55,781 bases of DNA from Catajapyx aquilonaris (Eukaryota): NCBI GenBank assembly GCA_000934665.2, contig KZ537979.1:124001-179781 (forward strand), in the 5' to 3' direction. Made by a program: the position numbers and the translations under genes. The notes under the pieces were generated by a model that worked only from the letters and a program-made list of their open reading frames with translations, was not told the DNA's origin and did not search any database. Shown here piece by piece: positions 1 through 12,016 of the stretch. Within the stretch, counting starts at the first letter, position 1. Each line of letters opens with the position of its first letter.

Positions 1-1399
1 AAGCTAGTAACCGACAAAATCCACAGTTGTAATCTTATAAGCCCGAAAAACACACAATGGCGGCAGAATCTTAACTGACATCAGGCTCGCGATTCGTTAG
101 AATAAAAAACCAACGACTTCCTCAAAATCTGGTTGGAATAATGACACATCTAACAGAAAAGTGTGAAAAAAATGTCTTCACCAGTAGAAGCAGTAGGCAT
201 GGGCAGGGAGAGAATTTGACGGCTTATTTTATGGCTGGCATAGCAGCGCAAGCTCACATTTTTGAACGAATGCAAGCCAGCTCGAATTACTCACACTCCC
301 CATATCATCATACAGCTGATGTGTAGGTGTGCACCTGTGTCTTGCCACATCAAAGCGGTCATGATGGCCGCAACTTTTCACGTCGTCATTAGCACCGAAC
401 AAAAATGCGATTGGAAAAGTTCTCTTGAAATTTACATGGCTAATGAGAAAGACGGTCCCTAATGGTCCCGGGTTTTTTTTTTGCAGTTCTAGGTACACAG
501 GGATGAATCGCTTTCTAGGCTGGATACAATTTCAAGCCATTATCAATCACTCACATGACGTTGTGATGCATGACTCGTGTGGGCTAGTTCAATCCCAACT
601 GTGTGTGCCGACTATAGCCTTTTGCCAAACATGTGATTCGCCTTTGAAATAAAAAAATCATTTAATGTTCCGACAGTTATGGATTATGGTGGGGTAACTG
701 CCAAAAACAATTACAAGCTTAACAGAGTGCAATAAAAAAGAGGGGCAAGTTGACGTTTTTTTTTTTTTGAAAGGCATAATACTGGCATGAGAGGCTCGTT
801 GATCATAATACTTCAGGCCAAAATAATGTTGTGTCCGATAAGATTGTACTCGTACATCGAGGGTGTAGGATACTAGGTTCAGAAGGGCGTGACCATTTTC
901 AGGCTGGAAACTTTTTCCTCATTTTTGGACCCCCAGACAAAGTGCTGAACATGTCAAGCTGGGATATAAAAATACTCTAACGACAATTTCTTTCCTATGT
1001 CCAGAGCATAAAAATGTGGGCACAAGCCATTTACGAAAATGGTAGCTGGACGTGTAGCCTAAAACAACATCAACCTATATATCACTAGACAAATTTATGA
1101 CGTTTAATGTCCAACACAGTCATTGCGTTATATTGAAATTGCCACAAGATACAGCCAATAGAGCCCTGTAATAAATAGTTCATCTACTCACCCAACATAC
1201 CCTAATTTTGTACCATCATGGCCATGTGCAAGTCCCATACGCAAATACCGAATCATGTTCTGTGGCTGGGCTGTTCATACGATACGACCTTATTCGTGTA
1301 ACGACTGTACTTATGCAATTAATTTTCACCCTATTACAGTTTCAATCATTGCCATGTGAACATGATTTTACAGGCTGAGCACCATGTCGAATGTCATAA

Positions 1400-1560
1400 T
1401 GCAACACAGCCAGGTACAAGCCGAGTGATGTGTGCTCATGTTTTGAACTTGGCATCGATGCAGTCTAGTTGGGCAATTTGTTCACCATTATGGTCACGAA
1501 AAGGGCTTCAAGAAGCGCACGAAGACTAAAAAGCTTGATGATACTTCAGAGCAAGACTTG
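1400..1560 (+). pseudogene. Possible degraded hAT-superfamily transposase fragment
   Basis: 1431-1454 translates as CAHVLNLA, matching the hAT C-x-x-H-x-L-N-L motif. The surrounding frame is broken by stops. Single motif only; boundaries are approximate. Confidence 0.3.
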
Positions 1561-4500
1561 ATAGCTTTTTGATTAGGATCAAGAAGAAGAGCTTTAAAAA
1601 ACCGTCCTGGGTGTGGAGGGTTTTGAATAGCTGGCGCAAACGATTCATAAAATCAGCAGGATCACGAGGCATGTGTGGCACAGCGCAAGAATGTAATTTC
1701 CACGTGGATGGCCACTGAGCTTTGCTGCAGCATATCCGCCATGGCTGACATATTTCCCCGGTAAAGTACTCGCCCAATATTATGATGACCTTGGACTACA
1801 TATGAGAATACTCGTCATCAAGAGTGTTATTCCACATTTTTTCCAGCCCTAATTTTTTTGGAAAAAATTCTGGTATTTCCCGCAGTGTAATTGAGATGCA
1901 GCTGGAAATACCTGAGTGCCTGTTCGCACAAGCAAACCCTCCCCCCACCGTAACGCGTGTAAATTCCAGCAAGAAAACACGGTTTCAAGTGGTCTCTTGA
2001 AGCTGGCGCAGAGATAAATTCCGTTCCGTGAAGCCTCAAGATTTATACACAGTGGCTTCCCCTTCGATTCGTGTTAATTAGATGCAAAGTACCTCCGAAA
2101 CGTAGTCGCTTTCCTTCAGCGGAAAGAATCCATCAATCCAGACTCCACTAGCGAGAACAGTTCGGTCTCTTTCACTGTAATTGCAACAATGACACCAGAC
2201 AGGGTCAAGCCACCGCCATGATTGGACAGAAGCAAAAAAGCAGAGTAGCTTTTATAAAAAAGCAGTTTAAATATTCAGAGGTGAGTGTTCTTAATTGATA
2301 GAGATGGCGAGCTGCTCGCGATAAAACGCACTGGTTTTCGGTGCTTGCTTTTATTGCAAGTTAGCCCCCCATTTTTTTGGTTAGAAATTACCCGTCATGA
2401 AAAGGTGAAAAAAAACTGTTTAAATGATTAGGCTTTTAGGCGTGCACCAGCTAATGAAGCGGAGTCGCTGTCCGCATATTAAGCGTCGACTCGTCAATGG
2501 TTGCGAGAAGAGGCAGCAGAAGGCCCCTCCAAACCAACCTGATAAGCAAGGATGGTAGAGGCCATTAGCTCAGTGGTCCAAAGAAGCTGGAATTAAAAGG
2601 GCCTGTTCGCGCCCGGCTTATCTGGTGCGGTTGTGGTTCCCACCATCTCAAAAAGACATGTAGACGTTTCATTTTTGAACGTGCCCAAAACTTTTGCATT
2701 CGAAAAGTTTTTCCCCTCCTCCTCTTTTCAGCCGAAAACTTCTGACTAGTACCGCTAGCCCTTTGTCTGGCGCTAATGAAATCCATCAAGCATTCTGTGT
2801 TAATTGCCGTGCTAAACAGCCTCTCACTTTTCCCTACAAGCGAATAATTTACAACAAGACAATTTGCCTGAGCGTAAAAGGCTGACTCAGTAGTTTTCAA
2901 TGACGATTTGATTCGGCGCAAAATTTGCACCGCCCATAACTTTTCGCGTTTCGGCGTAAAAGCGGGGAATTAATTTGCCATCTGTTTCGCCAGGCCGCTT
3001 CCGCATGCTCACACCACGCTTCACACAAATAGGCCTGGGTTACTAATCTGAAATATCCCCAGCTAGGCCTATACGCCCATAAGCGGTGCTCAGGTGCGCG
3101 GCTCTAACGGCCCATTTCCCAGTCTGGCTAGGCCCCGAATTGAATGCTACACCTTATACACTCGTAACTTGGTGGATAAATGTTTGTCTGCTGTCGAAAT
3201 GTATCAGATTATGCATTAAAGAGTGTCAAAATACATATCAGGTGCATTAAGCCGCGATTTTTTTCTGTAGCCAAAATGGCTACACTTTTCAAACCGCCCA
3301 TGCCTATTGTATACATCAGGTGAATATGTTTACACGCCAAGTGCATAATTTTACATAGTATGACCGATATGCCTCAATTATTTGTTCGATAAATTTTTTA
3401 GATATTTTTTCGTGAGGAAAAGAGCTAACAATGACTACAAATCTAACAGCTGAATATTTGGGTTAAACAGCACCACCAACACATACCAAGTTTTCAGTGT
3501 ATTTGACCTAAAATGGTTCCTAACAAGGATGAAATTTTGCAAGTTATGTCGAACAATTCATTCGGATTCAGTTGCAAAAAAAAACTCTGTGAATGACTTC
3601 ACTGTGAGCCCAATGGTGCCTAAATGGGCGACTGCTGGGTGGTGGGTTCGAACTCGATTTTGGGAGTTCAAAACAATCCAAACAGATGATCCCCGTTCGG
3701 TCAGTTTCATTAATGCATTGGACGCCAAGTCGCGGGATTTCCCATATTAAAAATGCGTTAACGCTAATTGAAACACGATAGAACCATTTCATTGCAGGGG
3801 GATAAGCCAGAATTATGGAAATTCTTTCTCGGCAAAAACGTCACTTCCTCATCGACAGCACCCACCAACAATTTGCTGTGTCCAATAATAGCATAATGTT
3901 TGACACCCTCTCTATAATTTTATCAAATTAAAAACTGTCCGTGCACATTCATATCAGATGAGTAACTTTCCCGATCATATAAAACCAAATGAAAATAATA
4001 GTCAAATATATAATACATATAAATAAACGATAGTATTAGGGTAATGTAAGTCTACAAAATGGAGCTATATGCAAACAATGCTAGACATCGATGTTTCTCT
4101 CTCGCAGCAACTGTGGGATGGGTCGTTGCCAACAAGGGGCCATCTGACAAGACCGGGAACAATTGTTTCACCTTTACGTTCCCCAGAGAGAAAGAATGAA
4201 ATGAATAAATAATAGAGGCGGCGCACAAAAAGTTTTTGAGCCAGCTTGCATCTCCAGCAGAAGTAAACTTCCAAGTGGGCAATTCTTCGTGAGCCTGAAA
4301 CGATGACCTCTTTTTCAGAGATATCAGCTAGGCACGCATGAAGGAGCAGGAAATCTCATTAACACGAGGCTCCTGCCTTGGATGCGGGCTTATACGTACT
4401 ACAAGCACCACCAGTACTCCCTCCAATTATTCTTGTAGTCGGAGGTCCAAAATTGTGCAGCGGGACAAGAGAATATTGGCTATAAAATGAAATGGCAATC

Positions 4501-5644
4501 AGTTGGGCCAAGAAAGGCCACGAGTGGCCACCAACGGCCAAGTAATGGGCAAGGAATGGGCAGGAAAGGCGTCGACAGGGTCGGAAATAAATTGGCTTCA
4601 AAGGACGTTGTGGTTTGGGAAGTTCTGCACTCAGTCGTGCGGATGGCTCCCTTGTGCATATAATAACCCCTAACTCCCAACCCCCACCTCACCCTAGGCT
4701 GACCCATCAGGTCGTAACTTGAAGCGCGCTAATCTTCCAGCAAAACTGTCCGTTGCGTGCTCCACGCATTTTTTTCTGTTTCTACTGTCTCATTCGGTTC
4801 AATGTGAGGAGAATTAGTTGGCGGACTGGCCTCTTTGAAAAAGGAAGGAGTCGTCGCCCTGCTATGCCGTGCCCATTACTCACATCCTTACTAAGTAATA
4901 ATGGTCACTTACGCTCAAGTCAATAGGTCACACAGCCTAGAACTTGTTGGGACTACTGATAATAGTGGCCTCATATATTATGGCGCTTGTTCACATAAAC
5001 TGCACGCTTAATGGTTTTGGTAGCTTTTCTGGCCGCTGCGCTGTATACGTACACTACACAACGGGTGCATGTATGGACCATGCAATGGGTTGGTTGGGGG
5101 AAAAGTTTATTCAATTGAATGCAGGCATATCTAGCTTTACAAGTGTGTTTACTGATAAGTTGTGACACGGGTATCCAGTAGATGGAGTAGTTGCGAGTTA
5201 GCAGTTTTACGAAAGGATGGCGTGGATGTCGGGAGTGTGTCGGGTGTCAAATCTGGAGTGAGGTTAGGAGCTGTATCAGTCGGGAAGTGACCGGAGACGA
5301 GGCTGTAGTCTAATAAATGTTGGTGGACCACGACCACGACCCGGAGTCACCTCTCGGGGTCTGGAATGATGATCTAGGGAGGTCAGACCTCACAAAGTAA
5401 AATAAAAATAAAAATAAAGACAAGGAGGTGCGGAAGCGCTCTTTTTAGGCTTGCGAAATAGGTACCGAGGCTCGAACAATGTTGTGTCGAATGGTAGCTA
5501 GAGATCTGTACCTACATATTATGAATGTTAATTTTCAGGGAAAAAATCTTTTAACAATTTTTACGGCCTCATTTTAAGGGCGATAGCCCTTAAGTAAGAC
5601 CGTAGCATAGATTTCAACAATGTTTCAATAATGAATTTTTCCTA

Positions 5645-5677
5645 CTTCTTCTTCTTCTTCTTGTTCTTCTTCTTGTT
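5645..5677 (+). repeat. (CTT)n microsatellite within the HINE-like element
   Basis: cttcttcttcttcttcttgttcttcttcttgtt read directly. Confidence 0.9.
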
Positions 5678-6438
5678 ACGTTTTTTTTATTCGCCCTAAC
5701 TCAAGTTCTGCTGTAGGTAGAGCTTCCAAATTTTGAACACAGATCCCCACCGCCGTGACTTGATTTCCTACAATTTACACCTTTACTTAATTCCTCTTCA
5801 AAACGCCGCAAAAAATTTAAAACCCCTAAGAAATACGTTTTATTTTATTTTCTCAATAACTATTCTGAATTCGGTTCCTTCTTCAACGGGCCGAAGGTGC
5901 AGTGGGAGGGTGCGGATCTATGTTCAAAATATCACAGTTCCACCTGCTGCAGGATTGGAGCTGTGATTTTTTTACCTCGTATTTTTTCTGTCATTACTTC
6001 ATTTGTTCATTACGCCATCACCTAGAAACGTCAATACTTATTTACCACCTCGCCATATTTTTGGTTAATAACAATAGTTGTTGGCCTAATGTTTCAGCTA
6101 TGGCAACGCTGCTGGAAGGTCGTCATTGTCTACGTTGCTAAGATATGTGTGGATTATTTAATCCTACTGAACAAGTCGATTTGTTCTACTAGTTTGGAGT
6201 GAGTTGGGAGATGAACACAATTGTCGTGTAGTTTTCCGTTGACACGTTCCTCTATTCAGTAGTTTTTTTTCTGGTTTGAAGATTTTGACGCGTCCCATAC
6301 CTGACTGTCCCTACTTCCAGCAGGAGGGTTAGTATAGGCTTCGCATGTCGGAGCTGAAGTCTATTTAGTCATCTTACTGCATACTTGTGTTTATACTTAG
6401 CTCTTCATTGTTTTCATTTCTAGGATACGAAGTAGAAT

Positions 6439-6864
6439 TTTTTCATAGTAGTTCAGAACTATAGTTCCAAGTGGACCCTTTCATTGCAAGATGAACAGTG
6501 CCGTGTAGTTTCCGTTGGCACTCTTCTCTTTTGAATGGTTTTCCCCTGGTTTGATGCCTCCCGTACCTGACTGTCACCACTCCCAGCAGGAGGGTCAGTA
6601 TGATCTCCGCATGTCGGAGCTGCATTCTATGAAGTCCAAAGTGTTCTGCTATTTTTCATAGTAGTTCAGAACTATAGTCCCAAGTGGACCCTTTCATTGC
6701 AAGATGAACAGTGCCGTGTAGTTTCCGTTGGCACTCTTCTCTTTTGAATGGTTTTCCCCTGGTTTGATGCCTCCCGTACCTGACTGTCACCACTCCCAGC
6801 AGGAGGGTCAGTATGATCTCCGCATGTCGGAGCTGCATTCTATGAAGTCCAAAGTGTTCTGCTA
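6439..6864 (+). repeat. 213-bp near-perfect tandem duplication, with an older diverged partial copy at ~6210-6360
   Basis: catagtagttcagaac starts at 6444 and again at 6657, giving a period of 213. The copies differ at very few positions (tagttcc vs tagtccc). A diverged copy of the atgaac...cctgactgtc...cagcaggaggg...cgcatgtcggagctg segment lies upstream. Confidence 0.95.
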
Positions 6865-7159
6865 TAATATGTACTATGTGGTACCATATATCCAGAGAAA
6901 TGACTCGGGTTGAAATGTGAGACAGGCATCTTAAATTCCAGTCCTTGTGACCCAAAACACTTCCTGACGAGTCCTGCCTGCCTGCTCGACAACCATCAAC
7001 TCCTTCTCCAATCTCCTCAAACCATTATTATCAAAACCAAGAAAATCTTTTCAAAATTCGTGAGGTAAGTATCCCTCAAAATATTATAATGTATTAATAT
7101 GTATGATATTAAAATGAGGCATCATTGTACCTATTCCGTACTGTCAAAAAAGAACTGAA

Positions 7160-7923
7160 ATTATATCAAAAACTTTCCCTTCAGTAAAAAAAAAGAGAAG
7201 TAAGACCTTCGCGGCGGAATGAAAGTACTGAAACAAGGCAGGCGCACGTAAGACCTTCACCAATTGATTTAAGCTGTACCATAGGTCTTACTCAAGCAAT
7301 TCTCATGTCCGGTATGGAACGGCTCATAAAACGACTGCTGCAAACTACTCAGAGCAGTAGGTAGGATTTTATTATGAAAAGGAAAAAATGGGGGGAAAAC
7401 TAAACCCATTCTAACAGACTTGGTCCAATCGAAAAAGACCCTCTAAAATTCACCAATTAACGTTTATATGTGAAAAATTAAACGTTAAAGTTAAAATTAG
7501 CATCTAAAAGGGGTGCGCCGATTCTGCATGAATGTTTCATGGCAATAATTCGCACTAACCGCATAGAAATTCAATGTGCTTAATATTGAAGTTCCTAATT
7601 TCATAAAACACTAATATGGAGTGGCTCATGGAAAACTAATACTGCCAATAAGAGCTAAGATACTGCTAACTTAGTAGTACCATTGCACTACACTGGTACT
7701 GCTAAGTTAGAAGTAACTAGTAGTACGACAGAAATTCCACAGATTTGTTTCAGAAAGGAGACTTCATGAGCAGTGAATTGGAAATTGCTTGAGTAAGACC
7801 TATGGTACAGCTTAAATCAATTGGTGAAGGTCTTATGTGCGCCTGCCTTGTTTCAGTACTTTCATTCCGCCGCGAAGGTCTTACTTCTCTTTTTTTTACT
7901 GAAGGGAAAGTTTTTGATATAAT
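7160..7923. mobile_element. Foldback/MITE-type non-autonomous DNA transposon with ~142-bp TIRs
   Basis: 7160-7301 is the reverse complement of 7783-7923 apart from one substitution and one poly-A length difference. The arms contain repeated gtaagacct motifs. The ends lie in palindromic TATA/ATAT, a possible TSD. No internal transposase ORF. Confidence 0.85.
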
Positions 7924-10900
7924 AATTATTTGTAATGAAACCATTCTATTCAGCTCTTACTGCGCAACTAGGTAAACGAGTAATTTTTGTAAAAAAATTT
8001 CAACTTCCGAACTTTTCAGTTCAGTGCATCAATAATTTAACTCTGTATAAAAAGTCTATACCACATGACTTGAAACGAGCGTATCTCCATTCTTAATACA
8101 TATACTGCAGTGTATATTCCAGAAATTTCCTGAACCGCAATACACTTATATGCAGTGCTGTACAGTGCATACCAGATATAACGTAATTAAAAGAAACTGG
8201 CAGTTGACATTACATCCGAGTCAGCCAATTTCAAAGGGTTAGCAGAACATATTTACCCTACGGCTCTGAGTACAAGTGAAGTCTAGTGGTTAAAAATAAT
8301 GAACCCGGTAAAACATCCCGGGAAGTGCTTGAATCTAGTGGGTATGGCCGGCAAAGTGAGGTAAACTGAAATCTGTCTTTTCCGAGAGGACAGCCGACAG
8401 TGCATAAGTAGAGACCAGCAGAGCAAATTTTGGTTCTCAGCGACGGGAATTTTCCTTCAAAACTAGAATGACTGAAGGCATACCGCCACAGGCCAGTGAT
8501 TTATTCGTCACGCACACATAGGTTTGGAGCTAGATGCTAATCAACTGCCCTGCCCTACCATTTGGCCAGCCTTGAGCGGCAATCATCGCCTTCTCGTTAT
8601 CTGATTCATTCTGGTCTTAATGAAATACAAAATGGCACTAGATTATTTTGGTCGCCTCCCAAACCTAAGCTCCTGCATTGTACAGTTCCCTCCAGCATGG
8701 AACGCTTTCCCATATATGCATGTGTATTAATACAGGCTGTATACATGACCCGACAGCATGAGCTCACTTATCGTGCGAAATGAATATGTACTGTTTCATT
8801 ATATTAAAAGCAGAAGGCTCTATGGCTCAGTGAAAAACCACAATGCTTTTTAAATTCACACAATAACATATAACATTAATTCAGGAATATTAAGGTCTCA
8901 TATAACCTTTTTTTGCTTTATTATTGCTAATGCATGTCTTAACTAGGAAGTTTGGAGTTACAGTCCCTCAGCAGCATGTAACTGGAGCCCTAATTTAATT
9001 TACAGTAGGCTATTTTGAAATTCATAATTTTATGCAAATCCGATGGAACATCACAGTAGAATTCTGTGTGTGATGACACCTCCAGCAGGATGGAGGAATT
9101 ACAATTAGCATATTCTTAGTACGCATGCGCAACTGGAGTATGTAATGCATCACGTTCATCCCTTCCATTCTCCTGGTGGGGTCGACTTGGTAGCGTTGTC
9201 TCTCGTTGTCAGCCCGTATACCTGCAGTCCGGAGAATTCGTGTCTCCCCGCGGCTCTTCTTATAGCATGTCATCGACAAAGTCCCTCCTCACCTAAGCCA
9301 GATCCGTTTCCGATAACCTCAATATGCACTCGGTCTCTAGACTGTCGGCCATCTTGAAGACAATCCGATAACTTGTCTTTCCCTCCAGAGGTATGTGCCG
9401 ATCGTGTCGGCTTCCTTAGGCCTTCCGATAGCACAGGGTATGCCCTTCTGAATACCACTGTATACGGCATACTATGGCAGTTATAGCTTTGTGACAAGTC
9501 ATTTGCTTGTCAAAGCAATTACCGTTTAAAAATATTAATAACGTTTCACGTGCCGTGCTTGATAGAACTTGCGCATTCCATTCTTCCTTTGTCTTTGTGG
9601 ATCCACCCTTGTAGTACGGCGGAGCTTGTCCGGTATCAAATAATGAATTGGTGCAGGAGCAGATAATACAAAGGGAGAAAGGGAGGGGAAGAGAAGAGCA
9701 AAGAGGGGAAGTCAAGTGCAAAGATTGCGCGCTAAGTTATCGGAAACGGATCGGTTTCACCCCCTCCATCTATAAGTGGCCGAATTCCCCAGATGCAGCC
9801 CGAACAAGAAAGTGTTTGCACCCGAGAGACATAACCACGCCGCGCCGTCCAGTCAGCACAGCGAACGGATGTGACAGTGCGAACGTTTCGCTCGCCTAAT
9901 AATGGCTGCACTGCATACTTTTACGAATGTATTCAAATAAACTTAATTTTCGCTAAACTGCATTTGAAATTCATAAGCAGCAAGTTGAGAAGGTGCCAAA
10001 TCGCATCTGATCTGCCCATGGTTAAAAATGGGATGCTGACATGCTGATGAAGTCACTGTCATGTAACTTGAACATACCGTAGATAAATAATGTCACACGA
10101 CTCTGTGTGCTGAGACATCCCCGGGTTGGGGTTACTTATTGATCAACAAATTTCTGATGAGAGACAAACAGATCCAGCCTTCCCATGTGGTCAGCCATAT
10201 CTTCATACTGACTCTGCTTGTAGACACTAACTCAATTTAGACCTAAATACGACTCTGGTCATTCTGCATATAGAACAGCAACCATTTCATCCGCTTCACA
10301 GCACAACTCACACTATTTTGCAACATACCCTCCAACCGGGTACAAAATAGCAAATCAGATTACGCTCCCCTCTCCACCCAACCCTTTTGTAACCCACCGA
10401 CCATCCTTCTTTTGTGCCAATTCCCCGCAAAACTGGCACTCCAGCCCCTGAATCCCTCCTGGCAGATATTTCTTGCGCGTTACAAGTGTATCTGCGGCGT
10501 TACACTGGTAATCCCCAAGCGACGATGCTGATACTGCAATTGTATCGGCCAGGGGCTGGACCATTCCCTCGCAGCATCCCCTAGCTAGCTGGCTCGGAAA
10601 AAGAAAGCGCGAATCAGAGGCAGCAATGGCCGCAGCTGATTCCCACGTAAGCCCCGAGTAATGAGGACAACAAGAGTAGGGGTAAAGCGGGGTGGGGGAT
10701 TGTTTGTCCGGAGGGCGGATTGCTCCACGCAGGCGGATGAAATCCGGATCAAGGCGGCAGGATAGAAATGTGCCTGGAAGGGGGGGTCTACAAGCTACAC
10801 TAGTAATGTCAACTTGAGTTATAAGGGCGCTGTAATTGGAGAGAGCCTGCAAGACTGGACGCCCTCGGGTTTCATCAGGCGCCTCGCTTAGATATAATGG

Positions 10901-11234
10901 GACCCTGATTATTTCCTTAAGGAACAGCCGAATGAATTTGCTCCATTACGAATCCGCTTCTCTACTCCTTACAGATTTGCTATTTACTCAAACTGCGATG
11001 TTAAAGCTTTGGAGGAACCAAAATCATATGCCATTATTGTGGGCACTCTGAATTTTTAATACCGGTTTGTGCCATAAGGGAAATAATATTACGTGGGTTT
11101 CGTAAGGCGATGCGATGAGAATCGATACAAACTGCGGTATTAGCTTGTAAAAGTTATTACTTGAAAGAATTCCAACCAGGAGAGTATAAAATATTGTGTT
11201 CGACAGTTTCAAGTGCATTACTATTTTGCACATA

Positions 11235-11977
11235 CAGGGTCATCGAAAAAGAAACAGTCTCCAGCCCTACTCGTGCTCCCCTCCTCCCGACAATTTGAAA
11301 ACCCTATAACTCGAAAACTGGTATACATATAGCTAAATGATTTGAGTTTTGAAATGCTAAGAAATGTTTAAAGTTTTTGTCTCACATTAGTTTACTTCGA
11401 TATGAGCTCCATTTGTCGCTCAGCAGATTAAAAATGCTTACATCGGTCTCGTGCCAAACCCACTCAATCATATCTAGAGTTACCGTTGTGATCCTATCCC
11501 ATAGGTGCTGGATATGACTGGTCTTTACACCACACACATTGTTCTTCACTGTGCACATAAAAAGTCGCCTCATCCATGAAACAAACCTGCCGCAGGAAAG
11601 TTTGATTTGTTAAGCCTCCCAGTGTGCGAAGTCTTGAATGAGAAGTTTCCCAATGCCTAGCCCTCCCAGAAGCTCAGATCTTACCCCAATTGACTTTTTT
11701 GTGGAGATACATGTATGGTGAATAGATTCGGCATCTCCAGCACCGACGGGAAAATATTTCAAAGGTAACGCCAGACATGCCTGAGCGGGTTAGGCACGAC
11801 ATCGATTACCATATTTACATTTGCCGAGCGACAAGTGCAGCTCATATCGAAACAAACTAAGGTGAGACCAAAACTTTAAGATATTTCTTAGCATTTCAAA
11901 CTTAAAGAATTTAGTTATGTCTACAAGTTTTCGATTTATAGGGCTTTAAAATTGGGACATTCTTTTTCGATGACCTG
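11235..11977. mobile_element. Tc1/mariner-superfamily non-autonomous element with long inverted arms, flanked by TA
   Basis: The termini read TA|cagggtcatcgaaaaagaa ... ttctttttcgatgacctg|TA. The + strand encodes PSPPRSSDLTPIDFF (11656-11700; cf. WPPRSPDLTPxDFFLWG) and VTPDMPERVRHDIDYHIYICRATSAAHIETN* (11765-11860). The - strand of the left arm encodes the homologous VTLDMIEWVWHETD...ATNGAHIEVN*. Confidence 0.85.
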
Positions 11978-11999
11978 TATATTGGGATATTCGAAATTA

Positions 12000-12016
12000 A
12001 TGATGATGATGATGAT
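12000..12016 (+). repeat. (ATG)n short microsatellite
   Basis: atgatgatgatgatgat read directly. Confidence 0.8.

Larger units (their letters stand above)
5562..7150 (+). mobile_element. Non-autonomous Helentron/DINE-1-like (HINE) element
   Basis: It starts in a T run with a 5' stem-loop, tacggcctcattttaagggc-gata-gcccttaagtaagaccgta (5562-5604), followed by a (CTT)n microsatellite. A 12-bp perfect subterminal inverted repeat pairs gcctcattttaa (5566-5577) with ttaaaatgaggc (7109-7120), and a short palindrome gtac...gtac follows near the 3' end. This is the DINE-1/HINE architecture. The 3' boundary is approximate. Confidence 0.55.

Noticed and set aside
3600..3660. tRNA-like A/B boxes (gggttcgaactc)
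   Set aside because: No cloverleaf. At best an old SINE head, as with the B-box-like motif near 31826-31838.
6443..6955. Two near-identical ORFs suggesting duplicated genes or a CRISPR-like array
   Set aside because: They are by-products of the 213-bp tandem duplication. There is no repeat-spacer structure.
9270..9620. Possible R1-like LINE relic on the - strand
   Set aside because: Only vague similarity (RRAYPVLSEGL); insufficient ordered motifs.
10355..10852. 165-aa minus-strand ORF
   Set aside because: Non-ATG start and no recognisable domain. The GC-richer sequence explains the lack of stops.
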